DNA of 64,000 nt from Blepharisma stoltei ATCC 30299. Its lineage: Eukaryota > Protista > Ciliophora. A program made the position numbers and the translations under genes. The notes beneath the pieces were generated by a model. That model did no database searches. It saw only the letters and a list, made by a program, of their open reading frames with translations, and had not been told where the DNA came from. Below are positions 25,340 through 38,964 of this stretch, piece by piece (positions within the stretch are counted from its first letter, which is position 1; the number at the start of each line of letters is the position of its first letter). The stretch covers positions 62,001-126,000 of the forward strand of contig CBFDEM010000057.1 of NCBI GenBank assembly GCA_965603825.1, read 5' to 3'.

Positions 25340-28300
25340 ATGGATTCTTTTGATGCACAGGATGAGCTGGATTTAAAAGAATGAAAAAGCTTTATTAATG
25401 ATCCTGATTATATTGATTCTATAGTCTATGAAGAAGATATAGAAATAGAATACAATAAATTCAGAGGCTTTAAGCTTACTGATTATTGTATGAATAAATA
25501 TTCCTATAATTTCACTAATGACCCAATTGAGGACCCACAAATAGACAAAGACTATATCAATTCCCTTTTGCAAACTGAAGCAGACTTAGAAAACTCAGAA
25601 AAGAAAAAACTTATTTTAGACCAAATCGAAGAAAATTTCCTACAAAGATTTTCCAAAAGTGACGTAAAAGTCACTAGATTTTTAAGCCTAAAGTCCCAAG
25701 CCTCAGAAAGCCAGCAGCCTATATTAAAATTAGAAGAATTATCTCAAATTTCCTCAAAAATCTATACTCCTGTGCAAAATTATTATAATTCTCCTACAGC
25801 AATTTCTATATCAAAGCAATATATCATTATAGGAAATGCCCAAGGGCTATTAAAAGTATTTAACCACGAAGGAAAAGATATAAAACAACTGGTGCCAGAC
25901 GAGCAAACCTCAGCACAAGTAACAGCAATTGATATTTCTGATGACGAGCAGCATGCAATAGCAGGATATAGCAATGGATATGTAGGATTATGGGAACTCA
26001 AATCAGGAGACTGTGTAAAATTCGCAGGGACAAGCCACAAAAGCCAAATCCTGACTATAAAATTTTGGAAAAAAGGCAAACTTAATGCAATTTCTTGTGA
26101 CGCGGCTGGGAAAATTAATCTTATTGAGTTTATGAAGCTTTTTATAGCGACGACTATAAATACCCGCACCATGATCAATGGAGACTTAGGGGTGTGTACT
26201 AGTATAAAAATTTTGGTGCCAAATGTGTACATTCCTCATCCAACTGATGCGGCTAATGTAATTGCGATGACATTTTTAGATAAAATCATGATATTTACTA
26301 TAGAGCCAGAATTTAAACTTGTTTATAGCATTGAAAGACCTGGGTGAATTTTCCCTGAAGATTTGCCATATGTGGCTTGGAAACTTGGGCTGTGTCCTAA
26401 TGATAACCATATAAAAGGGCCGATTCTGGCAGTTGCGTGGGGAAAACTTGTAGCTTTATATAGAGTAAATGCACTTAATAAAAATGAAATAGAAATTGCT
26501 GGCTCTATGAAACTTGATGACTGCACTAATGGAATAATGTGACTTAGTTATGACACAATTGCGGTATTATCTGAAGAAAACATTTATGCACTAAATTCAA
26601 AAGAGTTTAATTTTATTGAGGATAAAGTAGTTGAGCAAGAAACTAAGCTGAAAACGAGAATTTTAAATCAAAAATTCATAAAAAATAGCGATGCGGTACC
26701 TATATCGGCATATTATAACTCATATGAAGCTTTTGATAATGCTTTTCATTTTTTAGGAGAAAAAGGAATATATAAAGGAGTTCTTCTTGATTGAATACAA
26801 GTGATAGAAAATTTGAAGGAAAAAGGAGAATGAATACAATTGCTGTCACTATGCTTAGAAATTTATCATGGAAAAAGAAAAAAATTATTTAATCTACCTT
26901 TTTCAAAAAGTGACATAAAGCCATATTTGGAAAAAGTAATTGCAGAGTATATAGAATTGAATTTTATTAATTATGAGTCCAAAGTGAATAACTCTATAGA
27001 ATATTGTATAGAGATTGACTCTCTGGAATATCTCTTTAACATTTCTTCAAACACTGAACAGTCAGAGTATTTTTATGATATAATTGGTAAATATGCTTTA
27101 GCGCAAGAAATCAAAGCGATTCCAAGAGAGGTTTTTGTAAAGATCAGTGAATTTTATGTGAAAACTGGAAACTTATCGGTTCTTGAAAGCATAATAATCA
27201 GCTTGGACCCCAAAACAATTGATCGTGACTATGCAATAGAAATTTGTAAAAAATTCAACTTTATAGATGGACTAATTTTTGTGTGCACAAATTCTACTCC
27301 ATTATCTTTTAAAAAGCCTCTTTCCTATCTCTATGCTCAGATATACTCTCAAGAGTTACCGAGTGCTAAAAGGTCGCTGGCGTACAAAATTATGTGATAT
27401 GCAAAGCGTTGTTTCAAAGGAAACTCTTTTCCCTCAGGCAGAATGATTCATGAATCATGGGAACTATCTATAATCCAAACAACAAAATGGTTATTTTCAT
27501 CAGATCATTTAGAAACTTTAATTCGCTTTAATATAGATGAAATGCTTAGCATAATTTGAATTTTATTTGAAGAAGCCTTCCCTTTAGAAGTTTTAAGCCA
27601 TAACCAAAATGTTATCCCGGACCAAAAACAAATAATTGATGAGCTTGAAAAACTTTTTAAGCAAAATACACCAGATTTTCATAAATTCGCGAATTTTATC
27701 ACAAAAGCTATTACTGTAAACAGCTTATTTGTTTCAAAACAGATATGCTTGAAGACGGCTATTTATTTATTGCAGCTTGAGCAAGAAAATTATGATTCAA
27801 TAGATAGGAAATTTGTTAGGCCACAAGATGATGGATTTTTGAAAAGAAACAGCAAGTTGATTTTGAAAATGCTTAAAAATTGTGACCTAGACAGCGAAAA
27901 TGAAATTAAGCAGGTTCTCGCCATTTCACTAAAATCACCTTACGATAAAGTAATTGCATTTTTATACGAATTAAAGCGAGATTTTCCTCATTGTCTGAAT
28001 ATATATTTAAGATCAAATACTGAACATGTAAGAACCCACGTATTTAAATGGATCGTCCAAGTCTTAAAAAGCCTTACTGAAGACGAATTAAAAGAATTTA
28101 AATCTGCTATATTTGATAATCTCTATAGACTTGTCCAAATAGACAGCCCAAAAACTGTAAAACTTACTCGAGAATTATTTCAATACGAAGAAATTAAACT
28201 TATCCAAAACTTACAAAAATTCCCTGAACTACAGCTTAAATATTTAGACGGGCTCGTAAAATTGTGCCAAAAAGAAGACCTTGATCCTACACATATTTTA

Positions 28301-29176
28301 AAAAAATATATTTACCTCATGTGTAAATATCGCCCTGAAGAGGTTTTATTAGCTTTAAAATCAAGAAATGATTATCCAATAGATGAGTGTTTAGAAATAT
28401 GCAGAGAATTTAACGTTTTAGATGCAAGTGCTTATTTGTACGAAGAACTTGGGGCGATACGAGAATCATTTGATATCCTTCTTGGATTTGTCAAAGATAA
28501 GCAGCAATTTTTATTTGAAATTGTGCAGAAAAAAGAAAAAATCCTTGCGTCTTATTTTGTAGATTTAAAAAAATCTATAGAAGAGACATTAAATCTATGT
28601 GCCAGAAATACAGACAGGCTTGATAAGATCGATAACGAAGAACATTGATTTATGCTTCTTAAAGAATCCCTTGACATTTATGCCCATTTTCAAGACTATT
28701 TTGTATTATACCCTGCTTTTGAGCCAGAAATAAAAGAAGTCATAAAAGAAATCGTCGAAAAAATGTCAGACAGCATCCTATTTAGCTCAATAATGAGCTA
28801 CATAATAGAAAACTACAGTAATATCCCTATTAAATATTTCAAAGAAACCATTATAGGAGTACTATCAAGACTAGCTTATCAAAAAAAAATAATTCGCCTT
28901 GCCATTGATTTACAGAATAGAGACACAGTCCAGATGTCATATAAACTTTTAAAGCTAAAAAACCAAGGAATCAGCTCAAAAGACTTCAATTGTTCTAAAT
29001 GTGAGGAGCCTATACAGTCAGACGAGATGATGAAAAGAATTGATGAAAAATTTCTTATGTTTATATGTGGGCATGCTTATCATGGGAAATGCATTGTAAA
29101 GCCAATATGTGAGAAATGTGATAGAGATGACTTTAGGAAAGGAGATTTTAATTCGAAATATTCTAATAAAAATTAA
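25340..29176 (+). CDS. VPS8: CORVET subunit VPS8-like (WD40 propeller, helical solenoid, C-terminal RING; 1278 aa)
   Basis: Same-frame ORFs joined by TGA. SPTAI...IIIGN..G, LPYVAW, LAVAWG, YPIDECLEIC..F.VLDASAYL.E and CSKC...FICGHAYH..C...CEKC. Confidence 0.85.
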
Positions 29177-30121
29177 ATGGAGTTAATACAGATAGGGAAA
29201 TATAGAGAGGAATTAATAGGAGCAGCAGAGAGATTGAAAAGTCTAGAACCAGAAAATATAGAAGAGGTAGAAGTTGATGATTTGATTATTTTAAGCAAAA
29301 AAGAACTGATTGAGTTAGATATAAATAATCATGTGAGGCAATTTGTACCGGCTTTGGAAGAAGAAAATGAGGAAGATATAAGAGAAATTCTTGCACAAAT
29401 AGAAGATCAGAATTTCAAAAAAATCGAGGATTATGAAAATGAAGAAAAAAATAGAATCACATTTCTTAGAAGCTATAAGTAATATCTCATTAGTGCTTTT
29501 AAAAACATCAGCAGGATTACAGCTAAAGAAAAAAACGTCTTAAACCAAGACCCTTATTTTTCCTTTGAAGGGGATGCTCTTCCTGACGATACTCTTCTTA
29601 TTTCAATCTCTATCTACCACCCTGTAAAAGGCTATAAAACACAAGAATGAGTTTTACTTTCCACAATGACCCTTCAAGCCCTAAAAGACTGCATCTATTG
29701 TCTATCAGATTTTATTACTTTTAATACGAATAACGGTCAAGCCACCTTCACTATTGAAGGAAAAAATATGTATTTAAATACAAAGCTAGAAGACCTTACC
29801 GTGGCAATAGGAAAGCCATATACATATAAACATAGACTCCAGTGTCATCATTTTATGATCTTTAATGACGTAAAACTAATATCTCAAGAAGACCCTCAAT
29901 ATAGGTCAGCATACCCATACCAAAAATTCTGTTCCAAAACAAAAAGACAGATATGTGAAATCTGCCAAAATTTTCATGCAAAATTTGTCTGTGTCAACGA
30001 CATTATGCTTGACAAAAGCATTTGCTATATGTGTGAAACCTGCTTTAGAGACCTCCACTACTCAGAAAACGGTGAAAGGCTATATCAAGATTTTGAAGTC
30101 TATCCTTACATTCACGACTAA
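29177..30121 (+). CDS. SNAPC3: snRNA-activating protein complex subunit 3 (SNAP50)
   Basis: zf-SNAP50_C-type tail GKPYTYKH..QCHH...YP...CEIC...C..CFRDLHY...G....DFEVYPY; one 15-nt intron and one TGA. Confidence 0.9.
29479..29493 (+). other. 15-nt intron
   Basis: GTAATATCTCATTAG; removes an in-frame TAA. Confidence 0.85.
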
Positions 30122-30137
30122 CTTAAAATAAATATGC

Positions 30138-33100
30138 TTAATTAGAGTCTTCTGAGTTAAAATCAAAGTCATAGCTCCCAAAATCCCCCCCAGGACCTGA
30201 AAACAGCATATTATTCATTTTATAAGAGTCAATAAAGAAGTCATTTTCTTCTGGTTTTGGCTCTTCTTCTGACTGAGACTCTTCAGTCTTCGCCACAATT
30301 CTGCTGTTTAAAAGCTGATTTGTCGCAATAATTTGTGGCAAGGATGGTGCTTCATTTGAGTCTTCAATCTGGTCAAACCCGAATCTCTTTTTGAAAGCTT
30401 TAGACAGCTTCTTTTGGGATTTTCTATTTCTTTCCTCTACAAATTCTTCTTCTTGGTGGGCTTTTGAAGGAGTTTCTTCAGCTGCCGTCATTTTAGAGGC
30501 TAATTGTTCTCTGGTATCTTCAAAAATAGGTTTGTCATATTTTGTTGGCATGTATCTTACTATATAAGTTATAGCTTTATCTTTAGGAGAAGTCGCGGTT
30601 GTAGGCTTTTTTTTCTTATAAATAGAAACTTGGAAATATGTGGTCGCGAGAAGAGATATAGAAATGGTATAACAGATAATAATCATTTCTTGGGAGAGAG
30701 GGAAAGTAAATACGCTAAAAGTGTTTTTATTTGAAAAATCGTCAGGGACTATTACTTCTAGAGGGAAATAGTACATGTCTCGGTCTGTTATAAGCCAAAT
30801 GTTAAGCTTGATATGAGGCTGATCGAATTGTGGGGAAAATAAAATATTGATATCAATATGACTCTGAGGCTCTATAACTCTCTCTTTTTTGCAATCTGGA
30901 ATTTCTATGCCGTACATACTGCAAGAATACCCTTCAAGTAAAATTGTTTGTAAAGTCGCTGGATAATTCCCATTGTTCCAAAGCTCAAGAGTCCTATTAA
31001 ATTTGAAATTGTTTATAGGAAATTTGACTGAATTTACAAAATTTTCAATTTCGTCCATAGACACGCTGAAAATAAATTCAGATAAACCTTTACGCTCAAC
31101 AGTGCTGCAGGTTGTGGAGTCTTTTTCAGCTTTATTATAGAAAACAAGGCTTGATGCGACTGCTTCTCCAACGATGATTTTTTCTTCAAAAAAGGTATAA
31201 TTGTTTCTGATTAGCAAAGTAGCGTTATATTTGCCAGTGATTGAAGGCTGGAAATAAACAGACCCAATGATAATTGAAGAGTGGGGTGGAAGAATGGTAG
31301 GAGCTTTAGAAGAAATATAAAATCCTTGAGAGGTTAATATATCCACTTCTGTATCACTATAAAGCGAGCACTCATCCTCACACCAATCATGACATATACA
31401 ATGCAGTATATTTGACGGCAGCTTAGGCTTGATATAATATTTTGGCTCCTCAAAAAATGCACTAATCGCCCACATGATTTTTGAAAAAAATGAAAAATTT
31501 GTAAGTCTCCTCATAATAGGTTTGGCTACTTCTTCATTAATATGGTCAACAATTGGGATTTCTTCTGGGTGAGTTTTAGCACATACTTTATATGAGTGTT
31601 CTTTTAATACAAACGGATGAATATTGTCGAATTCTTCATCAGTATACCATGTTTTATTTTCCTGAATTTCACATTCTATATGTTTAAGTTCCTTTATTAT
31701 ATAATTCGGTGCCAATATAAGCTGCACTAGCAGCGGATAATCAGTCGGATTTGTAACATTTACATCATTCTGCACCCTTGAGTTTACCTCAACAATTCCA
31801 TAATTATTTTTGAAATCCACACCTATATAAGGCTCCTTAAACGATGAATAAATAGATGACGATATTTCAGACCCTACGTCAGTTTTTATATTAATCCTCC
31901 CTACAGCTTCTTTAAAAGCTGGCGTTTTTTTCTTTTCTTTCCATACAGATAAATCTCCATATGTCGGAAAAACTGAATAGTCCACGACAGGGTCATTTTC
32001 TAAGTTATAGCGCTGGATAAAATGAATAAAACCTATTGAAACTTCTTTTCCTGACGGTATCGTATAATTCACAATTTCTGGGCGCAAAAATGCTTGGTCA
32101 GTCTCTATATACGTAACTTTTAGGTCATATTCACAGGTATTTTTTATTATGATTGGCCGTGAACTTGTAACTCCTGGCAAAAGGTCTGTGAAATTAATAG
32201 GATGCAGCTCTAAAGTGCATGATAAAGATTTATATGAAATCGGAATATGAAGGTCGCCCATTGGAGTTTGGACTTTTATAGGTGGCTGGATTTCTGGCAC
32301 AATTATTAAATTCAGCTCCATATACACAGTGAACCCTGATTTTATAGTTAAATGTGTAGGATTTATAGACAAGCTTCTATCAACCTTATGAAGAGTCCCT
32401 TTTTGATGTCCCCAGTCTAAGAAATATAACACTTTTATGGTATAATGACTAGAATTCATATGAAAAGTAATATTCGCGTCATTCAAATTGGGGTTGTTAA
32501 TAGCAAAAGATTTCGTTTTGCTTTGGCCCATCAGGACAAGCCCAAAGTCAAGCTTCCCTTCAAAAGGGTATTCTACGTGGCTATCAATTTCAAGAATAAT
32601 CAAATTGCGCCTGTCCTGGACCATTTTAAATGGGATCATTCCTAGGTTAGTGACTAATTGGAGATAAGAACTGTCAGGCTTGTCAAATTTTGTGTTTATT
32701 TTAAAAGAAAATTCTGGGTCCAAATGATAAGGCGAAATTAACGCACCTGGCTGGAATTGCAAAGTTGCCCATTTTGGAGCTATGATGTCATTAACAATAA
32801 TAGGGTTTTCTATATTACTTAATAAAGAAACATGTCTTTCAGAGTCTTTTTGGTCCACAAAGCAAAGCGATTCAGGCTTATAATCAATTATATTATAATA
32901 AACAATTGAAAAATACTCAATAATCAGGTCATTTTTGCTGGTAGGAATTTTTATTTTTCCGTAAAATTCGCCTTCTTCATAAGAAGTAAATGAAAGGTAC
33001 CCAATTACTTCGTCTTTTTCTTTAGCCTTAATTGAAGTTTTGTTTAATTCTAAAGAAAGATAGTCTTTTGATATAAAAGATTTATATTCAAGTATGTTTA

Positions 33101-34022
33101 TAGGCTCATTTCCATAGTTTGTTACTATAATAGGTGCTTTATATGTGAAATCTTTTTCATTTATCACCCCAAAATAAATAAATCTATTTTTTGTATTTAA
33201 CCCATTGTTATAGACCCTAATAGTGACTGGAATAAATAAATTATCATGAGAAAGCTTCAGCTGAAACTTTGTGTGGTAAACCCCTTCTTTCTTATAATTA
33301 GACGTAATTCTGGCTATTTTTGCTGTTTTTCCAGGATAAATAATCATTTTTTCATTGGGTTTTTCTAATTCAATTTTCATATGAAAATCCAGGCATTCTA
33401 TATATTCAACTCATATAGACTCAGAATGAGGGTTATGCAAATAAAAGTCTTTGTGGATAGGCTTGCCGAAGGATTCTATGCTAATTTCTTCAAGATTGTA
33501 GATATTTTGGGAACAGGCTCCTTTTAGCTGATAAATCGTTGGGGTTGAGTTTGTATTGATTATCCAATGTGCACTGAGGCTGCCTAACTCTGTTGGGGTG
33601 AATAGGAATTTAAACTCAACTGAGGTTTCAGGAGAAAACGAGTATCTTGGCAAGTTCTGCAAGCGAAAATGTGAAGAGTCTGTCATAAATTCGCTGTGAA
33701 TGAATATTCTGCTCATTTTCGATTTGTTTGATATAAAGGCTGAGGCTACTTGTGTGGAGAACAGGGTTGTATTGGAGAATTCTAACACTTGTGGGCTTAT
33801 GCTTAACCCTTTCATTCTGGTAAATGGCTCATATAATGGGAAGCTGCTTCTAGGGAATATCTCATTTATTGCATTTTTTGCATGGTTTCTCCCAATAAGT
33901 TCAATAGAATCGTCTACAGGTTTTACCTTAAGCTTGATCGGAGGGCTGCCAGAAACCACAAAGACTGTTGAATTTATAAGACAAAAGAGACTAGAAAATA
34001 AAATCACAACTAGTAATTTCAT
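30138..34022 (-). CDS. TMEM131-like type I membrane protein (1294 aa)
   Basis: Signal peptide at ATG 34022, repeated PapD/Ig-like segments (F.FTPTELG, V.VTNPTD.P, LLIRNN.T, NNGN.P...CSMYG....C), one TM helix near the C-terminus. Confidence 0.82.
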
Positions 34023-34090
34023 TATCGAAATAAATGGATTTTTTGTTTTCAATTAATAAACCCTGATATATCTGAAAGCATATGAATTAT

Positions 34091-34807
34091 TTATTTCTTT
34101 TTACCGAAAGGATTGGACCAAACCTTTTTAGGAGGAGAAGTATTAAAAACTTCTTTGAAAAACGTTCTAAAGCCAAACGAAGACAGTAGGTTTCCCATCT
34201 CGAACTCACACATAACCCTTACAAATTCAGCTTCATCAATAACCCTTGACGTTTTATCTGCAATAATCCCATCACATATTTTTTTAATCCCGTCTGCTTC
34301 GACCTGTTTCAGCTCGTCTAAGTATTTTTTATTTTTCAGCTCAAGAGACTCCGAGCACTGTTGTGTGGTCACCAAATTTCCAAGACTGTTGACGCAGTGC
34401 TGGAAAATTGTTTTGAAGACTTGGTCTTTAAGTCTGCTTATTTCGATAACTCCTTCTGATGTTTCGTCAAATACTTGAAATAATAAACTTGCTTTATCAG
34501 CATTGCTTCCTTTGCCTAGCATAATGCCAATAACCAGGAGATCTCTTAAGAAATATTCGCCTTCTTCTTTCCTTAAATTATAAAACATTTCGTTGATTTT
34601 TACATGTGGGCCGAAATCTACGATATTAATTCTTAGCTGCCGTGAAATTCTTTTAAGCTGAGTTTGGTTGATTCGTCCCATATGGCTGAACTTTCGGAAG
34701 GTGCTGTCTATTAAATGAACGTTAATGTCTTGGAAACCTAAGCCTTCTTCGGCTGCAGATATGATTATTTCTTCAGATGATCTTGGCCTTGACTTTTCAC
34801 AACCCAT
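34091..34807 (-). CDS. N-myristoylated (MGC) EF-hand-like protein (238 aa)
   Basis: MGCEKS start; KASLLFQVFDETSEGVIE EF-like segment. Confidence 0.75.
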   Translation of the reverse strand: MGCEKSRPRSSEEIIISAAEEGLGFQDINVHLIDSTFRKFSHMGRINQTQLKRISRQLRINIVDFGPHVKINEMFYNLRKEEGEYFLRDLLVIGIMLGKGSNADKASLLFQVFDETSEGVIEISRLKDQVFKTIFQHCVNSLGNLVTTQQCSESLELKNKKYLDELKQVEADGIKKICDGIIADKTSRVIDEAEFVRVMCEFEMGNLLSSFGFRTFFKEVFNTSPPKKVWSNPFGKKK

Positions 34808-34887
34808 TTTTAACAGATTATTATGACGTAAAACTCTTCTTTATGATCTATTTATTGAAAATTAATTTTAGCTTAAATATTTGTTAT

Positions 34888-36006
34888 TTATTGTGGTTTT
34901 TGTTTCTGGCAGCCTAACGTCATATTTTTTATCAAATTAGGCTCTATTATGCTTACGAACTCATCAAAAGGGCACATTTCTACACACCCAGGCAAGGTTA
35001 AAACATTATCATTATAAATAATTGATACAAAATATCCTCCGTTTTCTCCATATAGCTCAAATATAAGAGTTGAGGCAAAAAGAGGATTCCAACCATCCCA
35101 TACACCTAAGAATATTAAAAATCCTGCCAAGGTTGTATCATGAGCTGAATAAAGAGAAAGTTTTACAGTCGGCTCATTTAAAATTGTCATATTAAATTGC
35201 TGAATAATTGTTTTAAAAAATTCTGTTGATGATAGTGCTGCACCTTCTGGGGTAAAATAATAAGTATTTGTGTAATTGTACATGCCTATAAGCTCCATAT
35301 AGATCTCATAAGTAACTCCTTCAGGTAGCGGAAAACCGTCAAAAAGCTCACAAACCATGGTATCTCCAAAATTAGAAGCGTCTTCATAAGATGCATTTGT
35401 GTTGAAAATTTCATTGACTTGAGCTTGAAGTCCAGAATTTATGTATTCTGTTACTTTTTCCTGGTATGCCTGAGTGTTAGGAATATCATTATAAAGCTGG
35501 TCAAATCTGGGGCAAGAATCTCCAAAAGCATATAGCATGGTATCATGTTTCATCTCTACTACATGTATAGGAATTGGCTGACGTTTTATAGGTAAAGCAT
35601 AGTTCCCAAGCTTAGCTTGGATATCAGGGAGACCATTGATTTGTATAGGAGGGACTGCTTTTTGCAAATTTGCATTAGCAATTTTGGGGCCATTTGGATA
35701 AAGGCCGGTTAATAAACTTTCGGCGCTCATGATGGTTCTGTTTACGTCTGTTGAGCGGACGTATATTTCAGTACTATCATAATTTGGCTTTAAAAACGAC
35801 TGATCAATTATATATCTCTGTCTGAGCTGGACACCGTTTAGATAGTGCTGCCTCATTCCGGCTGGAGTCAGCTCTTGAAGTCCTTGAGGTCATGTAGCGG
35901 TATCTCAGCTGTATTTGTAATAAGAAGCTCTTGCTCCATGCCGAAAAGTAATAGCTGATGATAATAAAGCTGCCTGAGCTATTGGGATCAGAAGCAATAT
36001 TATCAT
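34888..36006 (-). CDS. Histidine acid phosphatase (lysosomal-type), paralog 1 (372 aa)
   Basis: Signal peptide, FRHGAR, LTPAG..QH, VRSTDVNRT..SA and SAHDTT. Confidence 0.93.
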
Positions 36007-36516
36007 CAAATTAAAATATTTATTCGACAATGCAAGAAGTTAGCAAGTAATTTATTTTAATAATGAAGTAAACTATAGAAAAAGTTTATTTATATTATCA
36101 CATTTCTTAGCTTCAAAAGAATTAAATTTTCAATAATCGCTTGAAATTGATATGAAATTATAAGGTTTTTGCTGATAATTATCTTTTGGATAAAACAATT
36201 ATCCAAAATTTATTTCATTTAAATTGAATTATATTTTTCATAGGTTAAAATAATTTATATATTAATTTGATATCTAATTTAATGTTGAAAATCAACGATT
36301 TACATATATTTATTTATTAAAGGATTTAGCAAGTCTGAATGAGACGAGCAGCCACTTGAGGGAAGTTTTTCAATTGTTGCAAGTTCAGTATATTTTGCAT
36401 TAGGAATTGAAGGCGAATGGAGCTTTAAAATAGGTAAAAATGCTTCATAGGCAAAACATCCTTAAAAGTATATAATATTAAACAGAGATTATTAATTAAT
36501 TCTTCTTATCTTATTC

Positions 36517-37578
36517 CTAGGTTCAAATGCTATTATTAAAAATCTTTGCAAGAATTCTTAAAAACCAAATTTGGGCATATATTCCTAAAATATTCATCTG
36601 TATATTGAAAGTTTCTTCAATGCGACTTGAATTTCAATTTCAATTTGGATATAACAATACATTACCTATAATAGCAGCAGTTGCTAAATAAAATAATTCT
36701 ACAAGTATTCTATTTCAACTCCCAAATATTTCTTCGAATATGCTTGCAGTCAATATCATTGCAAATACAAAGGAAAATATTTGAATATAATACTGAAAAA
36801 TACAAAAAACAAACTCATGGTTATGCAAATAATTTTTATCCTTTTCATACTTGTGGATGAATTCTTGATTAGAAGAGCGTAGTGGTTCAAGAGCTGAATC
36901 GAAACATATGCCAAAATAAACGAAAATCATAACTGGTAATCCTATTGTTAATCCTACACATAAAATCCATACTATTCAGGCAATTAAATCATTATCAGAG
37001 ACTGACGTTGTTTTTATAGCAAGTAATGTTCCAGTAAGCATTGAAATATTGTAAAAATAAAAGACTGGGCTTGGACTTGTGAATCAATAATATCTAATTT
37101 TTTTTCCTCAAATAATAAAAATTGAGAAGCAAACAAAATAATATAAGAAATATTCTAAAGAGCTTGAAATAGAATAATAAAAGAGTAAGGATAATGAATT
37201 AAATAGCCCTGGCAAGGATAGCCAAAAATTGCTCAATTTATCTGCAAATTTGGAGCATAGTAGAATTGATATAATCCCAAATATTCAGAAACTGTATAAG
37301 CTATATACAGATATGTGCTGCCTTGCAAAAATAAGGATAGGCGTGCTTAGTCATAAAATTTCTTCGGAAAAATACTTATAATCTCATCCAGAAGTGACTA
37401 ATCAAAAAAAGCCATCATATAAAGCTTCAGAAAATAGAAGTGGGAAGTAATTCGCTAAAAATACTGACGATAAAATGTAAGGTATTTTTCTGTCATTACG
37501 GAAATAAGGAGTATTATTCGCTGTAGCATAATAACTTGGAATGATTAGTAATAGATGAAGCCATCATAATAGCTTCAT
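36517..37578 (-). CDS. Uncharacterised multi-pass membrane protein (353 aa), mostly missed by the ORF track
   Basis: ATG 37578 to TAG 36517 is open with about a dozen TGA=Trp codons; signal-like N-terminus and many hydrophobic segments. Confidence 0.7.
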
Positions 37579-38206
37579 ATTTTATTTATATTTATAAACA
37601 TTTTAACGAATTATCAAAAAATTACACCCATAAAAAGATCAAAGATTGCTTAGCCTTGCCCAAAGGATTCAATAACTCTTATGACAATTGACAGCAAACC
37701 TGAGCTCCAACAAATATACTTGGAATTCGCAGCAAGTTTAAATGAAATTATTTTCCTTTTGAGTCAATTTTAACGGAAAGCAAAACTGAATCCAAAACAA
37801 CGAAGCAAACTGCATTTGATCAAATCTCTTTCCACAAGATACCCATATCATGGATTAAATTTCTTCAATAAAGAATTACCGTTCCAATAACACAAATTTA
37901 GCTGAAAAGCTGTTTTTAGTACAAAACAAGAAAGTCTCATTGAAAATTATGATGGGTTAAAACTAGAAAAATATTAAATGGAAGAAAAAATAGAATTTAA
38001 TGCTGTGGTGAGACAAAAATTTAATTCTTCTGATAGGCTTTTTAACGAGGGAAGATTTTAGGAATTTCTATATTCACTCAAAAATGGCTCAAAAGAAATT
38101 AGACTTCCCTACATTATGTGTGTAGCCACAGTGAGCAAAAGAGACTTCGGATGCTCTTTTTAATTATGTCAGAATGATCAGTTCAATTAGTTTCTAAATA
38201 AAAGTA

Positions 38207-38723
38207 TTAATTAAATTTAACTCTATTGTTTCATTCTTCCTCCGCTAACTCTATCCTCCAAATTAAAGTGTAGGCTTTCGCTGGATCAAGTCTCCTTTCT
38301 TTTGCATTCTTGATGGCTATCTCAGCATATTTTCTAGCTTTTTGGCAATTTCCATCACAAAAATGGTATAGCCAAAGCTCTACGGCTCCTTCAAAGCTTT
38401 TATTATTTTTGATAGCTTTTTTATAAAGTTCGACGAGTTTATCTCATTCGTAATTATCCCTGGAATCATCAGCTAGCCAAAGAGTAGCATCTTCGTAGTT
38501 TTCTTTTTCTGATAGCTCAGTTATTCTTCTGATAGACTCGGCTCTATTTTGGCGCAAGCTACTTATGTTTCTAAGAAACTTTTCTTCTAATTTCCTCTTT
38601 AAAACACGAGCAATATGAGTCAATTTAAACGCTAGGTAGGGGGAGCGGGATTATGATAAGAACTCAATGGAACATATCTGTTCTGGAAGAATTTCTATTT
38701 TTGTTTGATTCAAAGTTAGCCAT
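38207..38723 (-). pseudogene. TPR-like helical protein relic, copy 1 (5' frame broken)
   Basis: The ATG 38723 frame stops at TAA 38625. The downstream frame (LEEKFLRN...KARKYAEIAI...AKAYTLIWRI) is open to 38207. Confidence 0.6.
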
Positions 38724-38861
38724 TATTTTTATTTCAAATGCAATAGCCCCATTTATATGATGCTGAATTTAAGCAAGCTGATATAATTTAAAGGCAGCTA
38801 AATTTTTATACTTTTAATTTATGCAGTTTATTTAAGTAATTACTAACTCCTGAAATTGCCA

Positions 38862-38907
38862 GTTCGAAGCTTTTATTTCACCTTTTAGAATTTAGTAAGC
38901 TTCGAAC
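38862..38907. repeat. 11-bp perfect inverted repeat (hairpin)
   Basis: GTTCGAAGCTT-N24-AAGCTTCGAAC. Confidence 0.75.
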
Positions 38908-38964
38908 ATTCAGCTATATTGAACTAATGCAAAATCTTTCATTTATTTGAAAAATAAAAATTAT

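Larger units (their letters stand above)
36510..38760 (-). repeat. Arm A of an inverted segmental duplication (partner 44080-45560)
   Basis: The reverse complement aligns to 44080-45560; core 38089-38590 is nearly identical to 44203-44700. Confidence 0.88.
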
